A stretch of DNA of 64,000 nucleotides from an uncultured Verrucomicrobiaceae bacterium (GTDB taxonomy: Bacteria; Verrucomicrobiota; Verrucomicrobiia; Methylacidiphilales; CAYYVW01), in NCBI GenBank assembly GCA_964473925.1, contig CAYYVW010000003.1, forward strand, positions 3,179-67,178, read 5' to 3'. Positions 55,664-64,000 of the stretch are shown piece after piece. The number at the start of each line of letters is the position of its first letter. Position 1 is the stretch's first letter. The translations under genes and the position numbers were made by a program. The notes beneath the pieces were generated by a model. The model ran no database searches and had not been told where the DNA came from. It saw only the letters and a program-made list of their open reading frames with translations.

Positions 55664-55840
55664 ATGAATCCAACAGCACCTACCACACCCACGCAACAAG
55701 CCCCTTCGACCGACATGGCGAACAACCCGGCGACCGGCCGTCCTTGGACGCCCGAAGAAAAAGCGGCGGCGAAACAAGCCGGCACTTGCAGCACGACTGA
55801 GTCGAAAGACAAGACGTCGGGCTCCGGCTGCTGCGGCTAA
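55664..55840 (+). CDS. Candidate 58-aa small protein ending in GSGCCG
   Basis: Not in the ORF track because it is under 60 aa. An AGGAG sits about 9 nt upstream of the ATG. The product is MNPTAPTTPTQQAPSTDMANNPATGRPWTPEEKAAAKQAGTCSTTESKDKTSGSGCCG. It is followed by two hairpins, the second with a T7 tract. Confidence 0.45.
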   Translation: MNPTAPTTPTQQAPSTDMANNPATGRPWTPEEKAAAKQAGTCSTTESKDKTSGSGCCG

Positions 55841-55883
55841 GCCAGTTGCATTGACTTCAGCTTGAAGTCATTTGCGATCAAGT

Positions 55884-55920
55884 CGGGCGCTCCTCCTAAC
55901 AGGGGGGCGCCCGTTTTTTT
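55884..55920 (+). terminator. Rho-independent terminator
   Basis: The stem CGGGCGC...GCGCCCG is followed by TTTTTTT. A separate hairpin, TGACTTCAGCTTGAAGTCA, lies at 55852..55870. Confidence 0.6.
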
Positions 55921-56000
55921 CTCCGAATAGGTTCGCGCCTTGAGCGGCGGCGCTATTTTATGAAATTGAACGCGGCCATGGACTTGCTAATTTCAAATTC

Positions 56001-57605
56001 ATGACCGCTCCCTTCCGCAACGCCCCTCGTCTCGATTTCACCCAGGCCGATGTCCGCCGCAAAAGCGCCGAGGCCCTGGCGCGCGTCCGCGGGCAGCTGG
56101 GCAAAATGTATACGCTTTTTATCGACGGAAAAGAGGTGATGACGGAGCGGGTTGACGATTCGGTCAATCCTTCCAATCCGAAAGAAATCATCGGCCGCAA
56201 CTGCGCCGCAAGCCCAGAGCACGTCGAGCAAGCGGTCGCCGCGGCGGTCCGCGCGCGCGAAACCTGGGGCCGGACGTCGCCCGAGGAACGCGCCGCGCTG
56301 CTCGACCGCCTAGCCGATCATATGCAGGAGCGCCGCTTCGAATGGAACGCGTGGCTCGCGCTGGAGATCGGCAAGACGTGCCTGCAGGCCGACGGCGAGG
56401 TCGTCGAGGGAATCGATTTTTGCCGCTACTACGCCGCACAGATGCGTGCACTTGGCCGGCCGCATCGCACCCAGCAAGTCCCGGGAGAGGATAACGATCT
56501 GGTCTGGATCCCGCGCGGCGTGGCGGCCGTGATCGCGCCGTGGAACTTCCCGATGGCGATCCTCTGCGGCATGACGGTCGCGGCGATCGTCGCGGGCAAT
56601 CCGGTGCTCGTCAAACCATCCAAGCAGTCGAGCGTGATCGCGGCCAAGCTGTTCGAAGCGCTGCGCGAAGTCGGCTGCCCGCCGGGCGTTGCGAATTTAC
56701 TGACGGGGCCCGGGTCCAAGATCGGTCCGCAGCTCTCCTCCCATCCGAAGATCGATATCGTCGCCTTCACCGGTTCGCGCGAGGTCGGTCTGGAAATTTG
56801 GGAGAACGCCGGCCGCACGCAGCCCCGTCAAGCGAATCTCAAGAAAGTCATCTGCGAAATGGGCGGCAAAAACGCGTGCATCATCGATGCGGACGCCGAC
56901 TTGGACGAGGCGCTGGTCGCGTGTTTGGAATCGGCGTTCGGCTATCAAGGCCAGAAGTGCTCAGCCCTCTCGCGGCTCATCTTACTCGATGAAATCCACG
57001 ACCGGTTCGTTGCGCGTCTGGCGGAAGCAACCGCGGCAATCAAGGTCGGACCTGCGGAAGATCCCGCGACATTCCTCGCTGCCGTCATCGACGCGGACGC
57101 GCAGAAGCGGATTCTCCAGACGATCGAAGCGGGCAAGCGCGAAGCCAAGCTCTTCTTCCAGGGGCAAGTGCCACAGGACGGCGGGTACTACGTCCCAGCG
57201 ACGATCTTCACGGATGTCGCGCCGACCGCCGACCTCGCGCAGCATGAAATTTTCGGACCAGTCCTCTCCGTCCTGCGCGCGCGGGACTTTGACCACGCGC
57301 TGGAGCTGGCGAACGACTCGGACTACGCGCTGACGGGCGGGTGCTTCTCGCGCAGCCCCAAGCACTTGGCACGCGCCCGTGCCGAGCTGCAGGCGGGCAA
57401 CCTGTACCTCAACCGCGGAACGACCGGCGCGGTGGTCGAGCGCCAGCCCTTCGGCGGCTATAAGATGTCCGGCGGCGGCACCAAGGCCGGCGGCGCGGAT
57501 TATGTGCGCGAGTTCCTCTTCCCCCGCACCATCAGTGAAAACACGATGCGCCGGGGGTTTAGCCCGCAGGCGCAGCAAAAGACCGCAGTCGCCGTCTCCG
57601 TATAA
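56001..57605 (+). CDS. L-glutamate gamma-semialdehyde (P5C) dehydrogenase
   Basis: Aldehyde dehydrogenase superfamily (EMGGKN, FGYQGQKCSA catalytic Cys). Its N-terminus resembles PruA/RocA. Confidence 0.85.
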   Translation: MTAPFRNAPRLDFTQADVRRKSAEALARVRGQLGKMYTLFIDGKEVMTERVDDSVNPSNPKEIIGRNCAASPEHVEQAVAAAVRARETWGRTSPEERAALLDRLADHMQERRFEWNAWLALEIGKTCLQADGEVVEGIDFCRYYAAQMRALGRPHRTQQVPGEDNDLVWIPRGVAAVIAPWNFPMAILCGMTVAAIVAGNPVLVKPSKQSSVIAAKLFEALREVGCPPGVANLLTGPGSKIGPQLSSHPKIDIVAFTGSREVGLEIWENAGRTQPRQANLKKVICEMGGKNACIIDADADLDEALVACLESAFGYQGQKCSALSRLILLDEIHDRFVARLAEATAAIKVGPAEDPATFLAAVIDADAQKRILQTIEAGKREAKLFFQGQVPQDGGYYVPATIFTDVAPTADLAQHEIFGPVLSVLRARDFDHALELANDSDYALTGGCFSRSPKHLARARAELQAGNLYLNRGTTGAVVERQPFGGYKMSGGGTKAGGADYVREFLFPRTISENTMRRGFSPQAQQKTAVAVSV

Positions 57606-57686
57606 AAAATCTTAAAAAACACCCTGACGTTTGGTCCGTGATGCGGCACTGCGCTGGAACAACCTAATAAAACAAAGGAAAAAAAT

Positions 57687-58202
57687 ATGTCGGCACCTGC
57701 TGGTCTTCCCAACTCCCATGCAACTTTTCTTGGAAGAAATAAGCCTGCGGCAAAAGTTTATGTGAAACCACCCGCTGGTGTTGCTCCCTATGTCGAGGTC
57801 ACAGTTCCAACCGCTGAAGGAACGCAAACCATGCGCTTGGATTATGGGGATGGCAGCAAATGGCCAGAGACACGGGCTGAGCTTCTGGTTCAAGATAAAC
57901 TCTCACCAGAATTTGGAAATTTTCCTACCTTCTTATCAGGCTCTGACAGATCGACGGATCCTATTACTAGCGTGCATGGGACAACTTCTCTCGGTCGTAT
58001 AGCGGTTGTTCGGAAAGAAAGGCCGGTCGTTTCGGTAGAAGGCCAAGAACCGAAGAAGGGGGTAGATTTTATTGTGTTCAGGAACTGCCCGGGCATGGGT
58101 GTTAGAAAATCCATTGTCTCGGGAGCGGCCTGGTCGGTCTTCGTGGAACATGGCCTTGCTAAGGGGACACTGCCCAAAGAAGTGGCGCAGCTAACGCCTT
58201 AA
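57687..58202 (+). CDS. Hypothetical protein (lower-GC orphan)
   Basis: A 171-aa ORF with an AAGGA-type RBS upstream. No motif recognised. Confidence 0.4.
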   Translation: MSAPAGLPNSHATFLGRNKPAAKVYVKPPAGVAPYVEVTVPTAEGTQTMRLDYGDGSKWPETRAELLVQDKLSPEFGNFPTFLSGSDRSTDPITSVHGTTSLGRIAVVRKERPVVSVEGQEPKKGVDFIVFRNCPGMGVRKSIVSGAAWSVFVEHGLAKGTLPKEVAQLTP

Positions 58203-58213
58203 GCTTCGGCATT

Positions 58214-58786
58214 TCATTTAATCCACACCTTCCGATACTCCAGATCGGTGTTCCACGCGCGCCAGCCGTGGGTGCCCAGGACGGCTTCGGCGAGGTTGTG
58301 CGCTGCGACGTCCCGGTGGTCGAGCTCGTTCCAGAAAAGCGTCGGGTCCATCCCCGGTTGCTCGTAGGCGATTTGGTGCAGGTGCGTGTAGACCATGCCG
58401 CTCATCGGCGGGATTAGGCAGCCGAGGGTGACGAGCACCCCTTCGAGCCGCGAGAGGACGCCCTTGGCGCCCGCCTCGTGCCCGGTGACCAGCACGCCCG
58501 CGGGCTTCCCCAGCCAGACGGCAGAGCCCTCCCAGTCGCTGGTTTCTTCGAGGAAGCGCTGCAGGTGCGAGGACCAGCTATCCCAGTAAGTGCCGGTGCC
58601 AAAGAGAAAGCCGTCGGCCGCAGCAAAGACGTCGCGCTGCCGGGCCCAGTCGGATCCTTCTGCCAAGACTAGCTGCTCCACACGGCAGCCGGCTTTGACC
58701 AGTGTGGGCTCCATTCGCGCGAGCAGGCGGTCGGTGTTGCCGCCCTTGCCCGCCAAGCTGCCGTTGACGATGAGAATCGTCTTCAT
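58214..58786 (-). CDS. NAD(P)H-dependent FMN reductase-like flavoprotein (flavodoxin fold)
   Basis: MKTILIVNGSLAGKGGNT with overall FMN_red-like length and pattern. Confidence 0.65.
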   Translation of the reverse strand: MKTILIVNGSLAGKGGNTDRLLARMEPTLVKAGCRVEQLVLAEGSDWARQRDVFAAADGFLFGTGTYWDSWSSHLQRFLEETSDWEGSAVWLGKPAGVLVTGHEAGAKGVLSRLEGVLVTLGCLIPPMSGMVYTHLHQIAYEQPGMDPTLFWNELDHRDVAAHNLAEAVLGTHGWRAWNTDLEYRKVWIK

Positions 58787-58840
58787 TCTGCCTAGCGACT
58801 TTTCTCTATTGCCCGAACAAGCGCAAGCAAGAGAACAGGA

Positions 58841-59326
58841 CTAGTTCGCCGGTTCGACCTTGAGCAGCTCGATCTCGAAGACAAGCGTCGCGTTGGGTGG
58901 GATGACGCCCTCGACACCATTCTGGCCGTAGCCGAGCTTCGGCGGGATCGTGAGCTTGCGCTTGCCGCCTTCTTTCATCGTCGAGACGCCCTCGGCCCAT
59001 CCGGGGATGAGGGAGGTCTGGCCGACGACGTATTCAAACGCCTTGCCGCGCGGGCGGGAGCTGTCGAAAACTTTGCCATCGGTCAGCTGGCCAGTGTAGT
59101 GCACCGCAACTTTGCTGCCGGGCTCGGGCGTGGCGCCCGTTCCTTCGACGATATCAACATACTGGAGGCCGGAGGGGGTGGTCATGACTTTTCCTTTGGT
59201 GGAGTTGGCCGCCGCGTTTGCGGGAGCAATTTGAGAGGTGTGGCCCTGGGCGGACGCGTGGAAGGAAGCGACGCCGAGCAGGAGCGCTGCGCCGGCTGCC
59301 GCACACAGGAAGCGGGAGGTAGACAT
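58841..59326 (-). CDS. FKBP-type peptidyl-prolyl cis-trans isomerase, secreted
   Basis: A signal peptide, then VAVHYTGQLTDGKVFDSS...LIPGWAEG...ATLVFEIELL. Confidence 0.88.
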   Translation of the reverse strand: MSTSRFLCAAAGAALLLGVASFHASAQGHTSQIAPANAAANSTKGKVMTTPSGLQYVDIVEGTGATPEPGSKVAVHYTGQLTDGKVFDSSRPRGKAFEYVVGQTSLIPGWAEGVSTMKEGGKRKLTIPPKLGYGQNGVEGVIPPNATLVFEIELLKVEPAN

Positions 59327-59398
59327 GGCTGTAGACGGTACGGCAGGAGCTGCCCGTCAGGCGAGTTTTCTTTTTAAGAGCGCCGCAAGAATTGCGTT

Positions 59399-59980
59399 CT
59401 ACTCGTCGTCTTCGGACTTCGCGGCCTTCTTCTTTTCGGAGGGCTCGTCGGTCTTGGCAGCACGCGCTTTTTTGCCTTTGGAGTACTTGCCTTTCTTTTC
59501 GTCGGACTCGGCGGATTCAGCTGCAGCGGGAACCACCACTTTGACTGTGACCGAAGCCTCGACGCCATGGCCCAGATCAATCTTCACGGTATGCTCGCCG
59601 GTATCTTTGATCGGCTTAGCCAAGTGGACTTTTTTGCGATCGATGGAGTATCCGGCTTCTTGGAGCTTCGCGGCGATATCCTGCGCCGTGATGGAACCGA
59701 ACACTTTGTCCTGCCCTTGCGCTGCAACCAGTTCAAATTCAAGCGCTTGGCGCTCGATCTTCTTGACGAGCTCTTGCGCGGCAGCTTGCTCTTGCGATTC
59801 ACGTTCAGCGCGCTTCTGCTCGAGCGCGGCAATCATCTTTTTATTGCCGACGGTCGCTAAAATAGCCAGGTCGTTTGGCAGGAGCCAATTGCGCGCGTAG
59901 CCGGCGCGGACTTTGATGGTCTGGCCTTCAACGCCAAGGTTTTCAACGGGTTTTTTGAGGATGACTTCTGTGTTTGCCAT
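59399..59980 (-). CDS. rplI: 50S ribosomal protein L9 with a Lys/Glu-rich C-terminal extension
   Basis: From the ATG at 59980: MANTEVILKKPVENLGVEGQTIKVRAGYARNWLLP. Confidence 0.88.
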   Translation of the reverse strand: MANTEVILKKPVENLGVEGQTIKVRAGYARNWLLPNDLAILATVGNKKMIAALEQKRAERESQEQAAAQELVKKIERQALEFELVAAQGQDKVFGSITAQDIAAKLQEAGYSIDRKKVHLAKPIKDTGEHTVKIDLGHGVEASVTVKVVVPAAAESAESDEKKGKYSKGKKARAAKTDEPSEKKKAAKSEDDE

Positions 59981-60020
59981 AAAGAGAGGTGGTGGAGTGC
60001 TGGGAGCGGAGCGTGTGCGT

Positions 60021-60497
60021 TTAGAATGGGATATCGTCGTCGCTGGAAGAATCCCCTTCAAAGTTTTCGTGGGAGACAGGCGCCGGGGCTTCCTGGCTGC
60101 GGCTGGTGCGCGGACGGCCTGAGGACTCGCCGCCTTCGCTGCTGGAAGATCCGCCGCGATTGGCGCCGCCTTGGCCCAAAAATTGGATCCGCTCGGCGCG
60201 GACACGCAGGCGGCTCTTTTTCTCGCCTTCCTTGGTTTCCCATTGGTCGAGCTGCAGGCGGCCTTCGACAAAAATCGGCCGGCCTTTGGTAAGATACTCT
60301 TTGCACGTCTCGGCTTGGCGCCCCCAGACAACGATATCAACGTAGCAGACTTCTTCTTTGTTTTGCCCTTCCGCCGTCTTGTAAACCATCTTGATCGCGA
60401 GCGACAAGTCGCCGACGGCTGTGCCCTTGGGGGTGTAACGCACCTCGGGATCGCGAGTGAGGTTGCCCATTAAAAAGACGCGGTTGAGATCGGCCAT
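60021..60497 (-). CDS. ssb: Single-stranded DNA-binding protein
   Basis: NRVFLMGNLTRDPEVRYTPKG OB-fold start, a Gly-rich linker and a C-terminal DDDIPF tip. Confidence 0.92.
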   Translation of the reverse strand: MADLNRVFLMGNLTRDPEVRYTPKGTAVGDLSLAIKMVYKTAEGQNKEEVCYVDIVVWGRQAETCKEYLTKGRPIFVEGRLQLDQWETKEGEKKSRLRVRAERIQFLGQGGANRGGSSSSEGGESSGRPRTSRSQEAPAPVSHENFEGDSSSDDDIPF

Positions 60498-60569
60498 AGG
60501 AGACTCCTAATTAAAGAAACGTAAGGGTGGGCGGTGGGAAAGAATGAAGCGGAAGCCGACGGCCGTTGT

Positions 60570-60926
60570 TTAAGCAGCAGCCGTCGCTGCGGGACGCGCC
60601 GGAGCTTCTGGCCTTTCAGCGACTGCGTTGGGATTGGCGACAAAGTAATGCTGACGGTAGACAAGCGGGTTGGACTTGAATTTCTGCTGCAATGGCAGGA
60701 GCTGGTCTGGGGCGATGAGCAACTCGAGATTGACGTAGTAGCCTGAGTCGAGGCGGCCGGCGACGCGCTCGAACATGCGCTTGTCCATCTTCTGCACGCC
60801 GCGGACTTGGCCGCCGAGCGTGCGGATCTCTTTTTCAAGAGCAGAAATGGCATCCCCCACTCCTTCCTCTTTGCCTTGCAGGTCGAGGATGTAGAGTGCG
60901 TTGTACTGTTTTTGTGGCTTGGTCAT
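60570..60926 (-). CDS. rpsF: 30S ribosomal protein S6
   Basis: From the ATG at 60926: YNALYILDLQ with an S6-like pattern, positioned upstream of ssb. Confidence 0.8.
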   Translation of the reverse strand: MTKPQKQYNALYILDLQGKEEGVGDAISALEKEIRTLGGQVRGVQKMDKRMFERVAGRLDSGYYVNLELLIAPDQLLPLQQKFKSNPLVYRQHYFVANPNAVAERPEAPARPAATAAA

Positions 60927-61047
60927 AAATTTATTTGATGAAGGGCGGACCGGTGACAACGCGGGTGGACCTGGCATCTGGCGGCGACGAGGCCGCATGA
61001 CGCGAACTCTGGAACCTGAGAGCCTCTTGCTGAAAGCAGAAGCGCTG

Positions 61048-61641
61048 CTAATCCTCCGACGCCGATGCCGGGGCGTTGAACCGATTCATTGCTACCTCAA
61101 TGCCAGCGGTTTGGCAACATTCAATCGCGTCAGTTGCACGCTGGACGAGCTCTTCATACTGCTGCATTTGATTGGCAGCGAGCTTCTTAAGCACGAAATG
61201 CTCCATGGAAAGATTCTCTGGAACAGGCCCGCACCCGAGCCGCAGCCGGGGATATTGCTGCGTTCCGAGGGCCTGTTCGACGGAGGCCAGGCCGTTGTGC
61301 CCGCCGCTGCCGCCTTGCGTGCGAAACCGTAGACTGCCCCAAGGAAGCCGGACGTCATCGCAGACGATGAGCAATTCTGCGGGCAAAACTTTCAGCCAGT
61401 CGGCCCACGCGCGGACGGCATGACCGCTTAAGTTCATGTAAGTAAGCGGTTGAACGAGATGCACGGAACCGGCGTCTGGGGAAGGGAGTGCAGCGGTGAG
61501 CGAAGGCCCCCGAGCATCCTTTTTCCACGTGATGCGATGACGACGGGCCAATTCTTCCAACGCGGCGAAGCCGAGGTTGTGCGGCGTGCGTTCGTACGCC
61601 GAACCGGGATTGCCTAAACCGAAGATGAGACGCAGCGCCAT
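61048..61641 (-). CDS. pth: Peptidyl-tRNA hydrolase
   Basis: LIFGLGNPGSAYERTPHNLGF and GGHNGLAS motifs. Confidence 0.92.
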   Translation of the reverse strand: MALRLIFGLGNPGSAYERTPHNLGFAALEELARRHRITWKKDARGPSLTAALPSPDAGSVHLVQPLTYMNLSGHAVRAWADWLKVLPAELLIVCDDVRLPWGSLRFRTQGGSGGHNGLASVEQALGTQQYPRLRLGCGPVPENLSMEHFVLKKLAANQMQQYEELVQRATDAIECCQTAGIEVAMNRFNAPASASED

Positions 61642-61718
61642 ACGGGCCCAGCTTTACCTAAGCGCCCGCGGAAAACCAAGCGGAAGCAGCGCGCAGGCCG
61701 TCGCGTAAGCTTGAGAGC

Positions 61719-63035
61719 CTAGTAAGAGATCGTCGAGCTTAGGCCAATCTGGTGCGCCATGAAGTCGAAGTTTCCAGGACCGCCATCCGAATCGTTCTGG
61801 CTGTAGCGATAGAAGATGGAGGCGCTCCACCAATTGTTGATGGTCATGGCCAGCGAAGGGGAAAGATAGAAGTAGCTATCTTGGCGAGGAGCGGTGACTC
61901 CGGAAACGGTGGATTCATAATCTCCAAACTCATATCCGCCCGAGAGTGAGGCGGTGAAGCGCTGCGCAAACTGTTGGTTGACGCTCGCGCCAAAGCCGGT
62001 GATGAGGATGTTTTGGTTGGCCTGGGTCGCGGACGCCTCAAAGGTGCGGTAACCACGCAACGAGATGATCGTGCCCTGACGCGGCGTCCACGTGCCGCTG
62101 AGGCCGAAAACACCGTCCGCCGAAGAGGCCGCGCCCATGGGGCTTTGGTATTGGCGGAACTGAATGCCGGCGTAAGCATCAAACCCAAGCTTTTCGGTTG
62201 CTTGGTAGGCGACACGACCGCGGGCTTCTTGAAACGTTTGGTTCGGGCCAACCATATCGACAAAACCGATGGCTGGACCAACGCCGACTTTGAGCTTGGG
62301 CGTCAGGTTATAATTAGCATAACCGCCGACGAGCCACGTCTTGCTGTCGAGCTTGTCGTCGTAATCAACCAGGTACTGGCTGGCAAAACCATCTAAGCTG
62401 GTGCGGCCTGTGAGAGCGTATGCGGCGTTGATCCCGGTACCGATAACCGTGCGCTTGGTCCGGTCGCCCACGTCTTGCGTTGGGCCCGAGAGACGGTTGA
62501 TGGATTGGACCGCACTAACGGTTAGCTTTTCGCCCCGCCAATTGGCGGTGGCGGTGGCAGTATGATCTACCGCGTTAAACTCATTGTGGCTATTGAAGAG
62601 GAGGATGTTGGGCGAGTACTCAAACTTAACCTGAAGGGCCTTGCCAGTTTGATAACCAACCGTGGGGTTGATGGACCAGTAAAGGTCGCGCTTCTGGTTG
62701 TTGGAGGAAAGTGTGATGTTATCGTCGTAAATGGCGCTGACGCTCAGGCGGGCAATCCAGTGCTTGGCAGCGGCGCGGGGGCCTTGTTGCTCATCTTCAG
62801 ATTTGCCGTCTCCTTTGACTGTTTCTTCAGCCCATTGATCTTCCAGCGTGGCAGGCGCTTGAATTGATACGGCCCCTTGGGTGGAGTTGGCTCCGTATGC
62901 ATCTGCTCCGGCGTACCAGGGAACGGCCATGCGCTGCGCGCGAGCGGGGCCCGACGCCAGCAGGAGGCTGGTAATTACAAAGAGAAGGGTTTTAACTGCC
63001 CAGCCAAGTCTAAAACGGTTGCAAAGAAGATTCAT
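61719..63035 (-). CDS. Outer-membrane beta-barrel protein, probably polysaccharide-export associated
   Basis: A signal peptide, alternating beta-strand pattern and a C-terminal aromatic residue (STISY). It is divergent from a Wzz/GumC-like gene. Confidence 0.55.
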   Translation of the reverse strand: MNLLCNRFRLGWAVKTLLFVITSLLLASGPARAQRMAVPWYAGADAYGANSTQGAVSIQAPATLEDQWAEETVKGDGKSEDEQQGPRAAAKHWIARLSVSAIYDDNITLSSNNQKRDLYWSINPTVGYQTGKALQVKFEYSPNILLFNSHNEFNAVDHTATATANWRGEKLTVSAVQSINRLSGPTQDVGDRTKRTVIGTGINAAYALTGRTSLDGFASQYLVDYDDKLDSKTWLVGGYANYNLTPKLKVGVGPAIGFVDMVGPNQTFQEARGRVAYQATEKLGFDAYAGIQFRQYQSPMGAASSADGVFGLSGTWTPRQGTIISLRGYRTFEASATQANQNILITGFGASVNQQFAQRFTASLSGGYEFGDYESTVSGVTAPRQDSYFYLSPSLAMTINNWWSASIFYRYSQNDSDGGPGNFDFMAHQIGLSSTISY

Positions 63036-63302
63036 AAAATTGATCGATCGACGAAATTACGCCGGACGCGCCCGCTCTGACTGGCCAACGAAAAGAGCAA
63101 CTCACCCTGCCGATGGTAAGAAGTGTTGTCAATTGTCATTATTAACTTTTTTAATAATTCTTCGAGTAAAGGGACAGGGACCCATCCCTTGCAGGGGTCC
63201 TAATGCCGCAAGACAGGCAAAAAGGAAACGTGTTTTTAAAGCTGTATCTATTGCGGAAGTTACTTTAGGATCGTGGCTTGGACATTATTCCACAAAATCT
63301 GC

Positions 63303-64000
63303 ATGAAATGGTTTGAGTCACCCGGAGCCCAAGGGACCGGCCCAACGCAAGGGGGTCATGCCCCCCACTCCATGCAGCATTCAGGGCATACAGGGGACCT
63401 GCTCGATTTCTCTCGGCTCTACCATATGGTGCTTGAGCGCCTGTGGATCCTGCCTCTTTGCATTTTAGTGGGGCTATTGGGAGCCGCTTATTATCTGCAT
63501 GTCACCCCTCCCATGTATCAATCCCGGGGCGTGCTCCAGGTTGAACAGACGGAAAGCAGGGTGGTGAAGATTGAAAACGTCAGTCAAGAATCCCTGGCAG
63601 CGGCTGATTTTCTGCGGACGGTGGAAGAGACGCTCACCACGCAAAGTTTGCTGCGTCATGTGGTAGGGCGTCCTGAGATTAAAAATGATACGGATCTTTT
63701 CCAGGCGCGCGCCGACGGCACCTCCTACACGCCTGATGAAATGGTCGACCGCATCTCTCGGCTGGTTCTCGCCAATGTTCGCCGTGGAACCCGGCTGATT
63801 GATGTTTTCGCAGTCCACACCACCCCCGCCACGGCTCAACGACTTGTCGATGGCGTATTGCAAGAGTTTATCGCCCGCCGTGCCGAGCAAAAATCGGACG
63901 TCGCCCAGACGGCATTCAAGTTCTTAATTGAAGAGGCTGAACGACTTAAGGAGCGCCTACGCGGCTCGGAGCAGGCCCTTCAAGGATATAAAACGGTTTA
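63303..64000 (+). CDS. Polysaccharide chain-length determinant (Wzz/GumC-like), N-terminal part; runs off the window
   Basis: My own translation from the ATG at 63303 gives a TM helix (LWILPLCILVGLLGAAYY), then a YQSRGVLQVE Wzz-type motif and the start of a coiled coil. There is no stop before the window end. Confidence 0.6.
   Translation, partial: MKWFESPGAQGTGPTQGGHAPHSMQHSGHTGDLLDFSRLYHMVLERLWILPLCILVGLLGAAYYLHVTPPMYQSRGVLQVEQTESRVVKIENVSQESLAAADFLRTVEETLTTQSLLRHVVGRPEIKNDTDLFQARADGTSYTPDEMVDRISRLVLANVRRGTRLIDVFAVHTTPATAQRLVDGVLQEFIARRAEQKSDVAQTAFKFLIEEAERLKERLRGSEQALQGYKTV

Noticed and set aside
1-64000. A search for CRISPR arrays, tRNA/rRNA genes, transposases, integrases, and phage or defence modules
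   Set aside because: I saw no regularly spaced direct repeats. There is no GGTTCGAATCC-type T-arm in a tRNA-like context and no rRNA-like stretch. No ORF carries DDE, tyrosine/serine recombinase, reverse transcriptase, Cas, or restriction-modification signatures. Absence judged by eye is not proof.

Overview
This is a high-GC, gene-dense chromosomal segment that is mostly housekeeping. My guess is a Verrucomicrobiota/PVC-like bacterium, but that rests only on gene content and protein style. Main contents, in order:
- A complete histidine operon on the minus strand: TrpR/YerC-like gene, hisG, hisD, a fused hisC-hisB(IGPD), hisH, hisA, hisF, hisI. A divergent IMPase-family gene next to it is a probable hisN.
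- ppx/gppA, an rlmI-like methyltransferase and type-II NADH dehydrogenase.
- pyrH / tsf / rpsB, then hopanoid hpnH.
- Two glycosyltransferases, apaG and thiD.
- rplU-rpmA-obg, ruvX, coaX and a SulP/STAS transporter.
- A partial complex-I cluster, nuoIJKLMN.
- A secreted beta-propeller protein with an S55-like protease.
- A CysJ-like reductase, a membrane protein and a TlpA-like thioredoxin.
- fabI, split proline-utilisation genes (PRODH and P5CDH), rpsF-ssb-rplI, pth, and the start of a polysaccharide-export locus.

I found no rRNA, tRNA, CRISPR array, transposase, integrase, or recognisable defence or secretion system.

The signals not explained by ordinary annotation are:
1. Two homologous ~275-bp TA-flanked elements whose long terminal inverted repeats co-vary. 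They are either MITEs or long-stem RNAs. They sit in opposite orientation around the nuo segment.
2. A duplicated hpnH 3' end that brackets an inserted orphan substrate-binding-protein gene.
3. A short palindromic repeat family with one copy inserted in-frame in an MBL-fold hydrolase gene.
4. Conserved operons (nuo, tsf-pyrH, put) interrupted by small, lower-GC orphan genes.
5. Two well-signalled Cys-containing small ORFs.
6. Candidate operator sites upstream of the his operon and of nuoI.

Every function is inferred by eye from the translations; no database search was possible. Many long ORFs in the supplied track are antisense shadow ORFs typical of high-GC DNA, and I did not call them.
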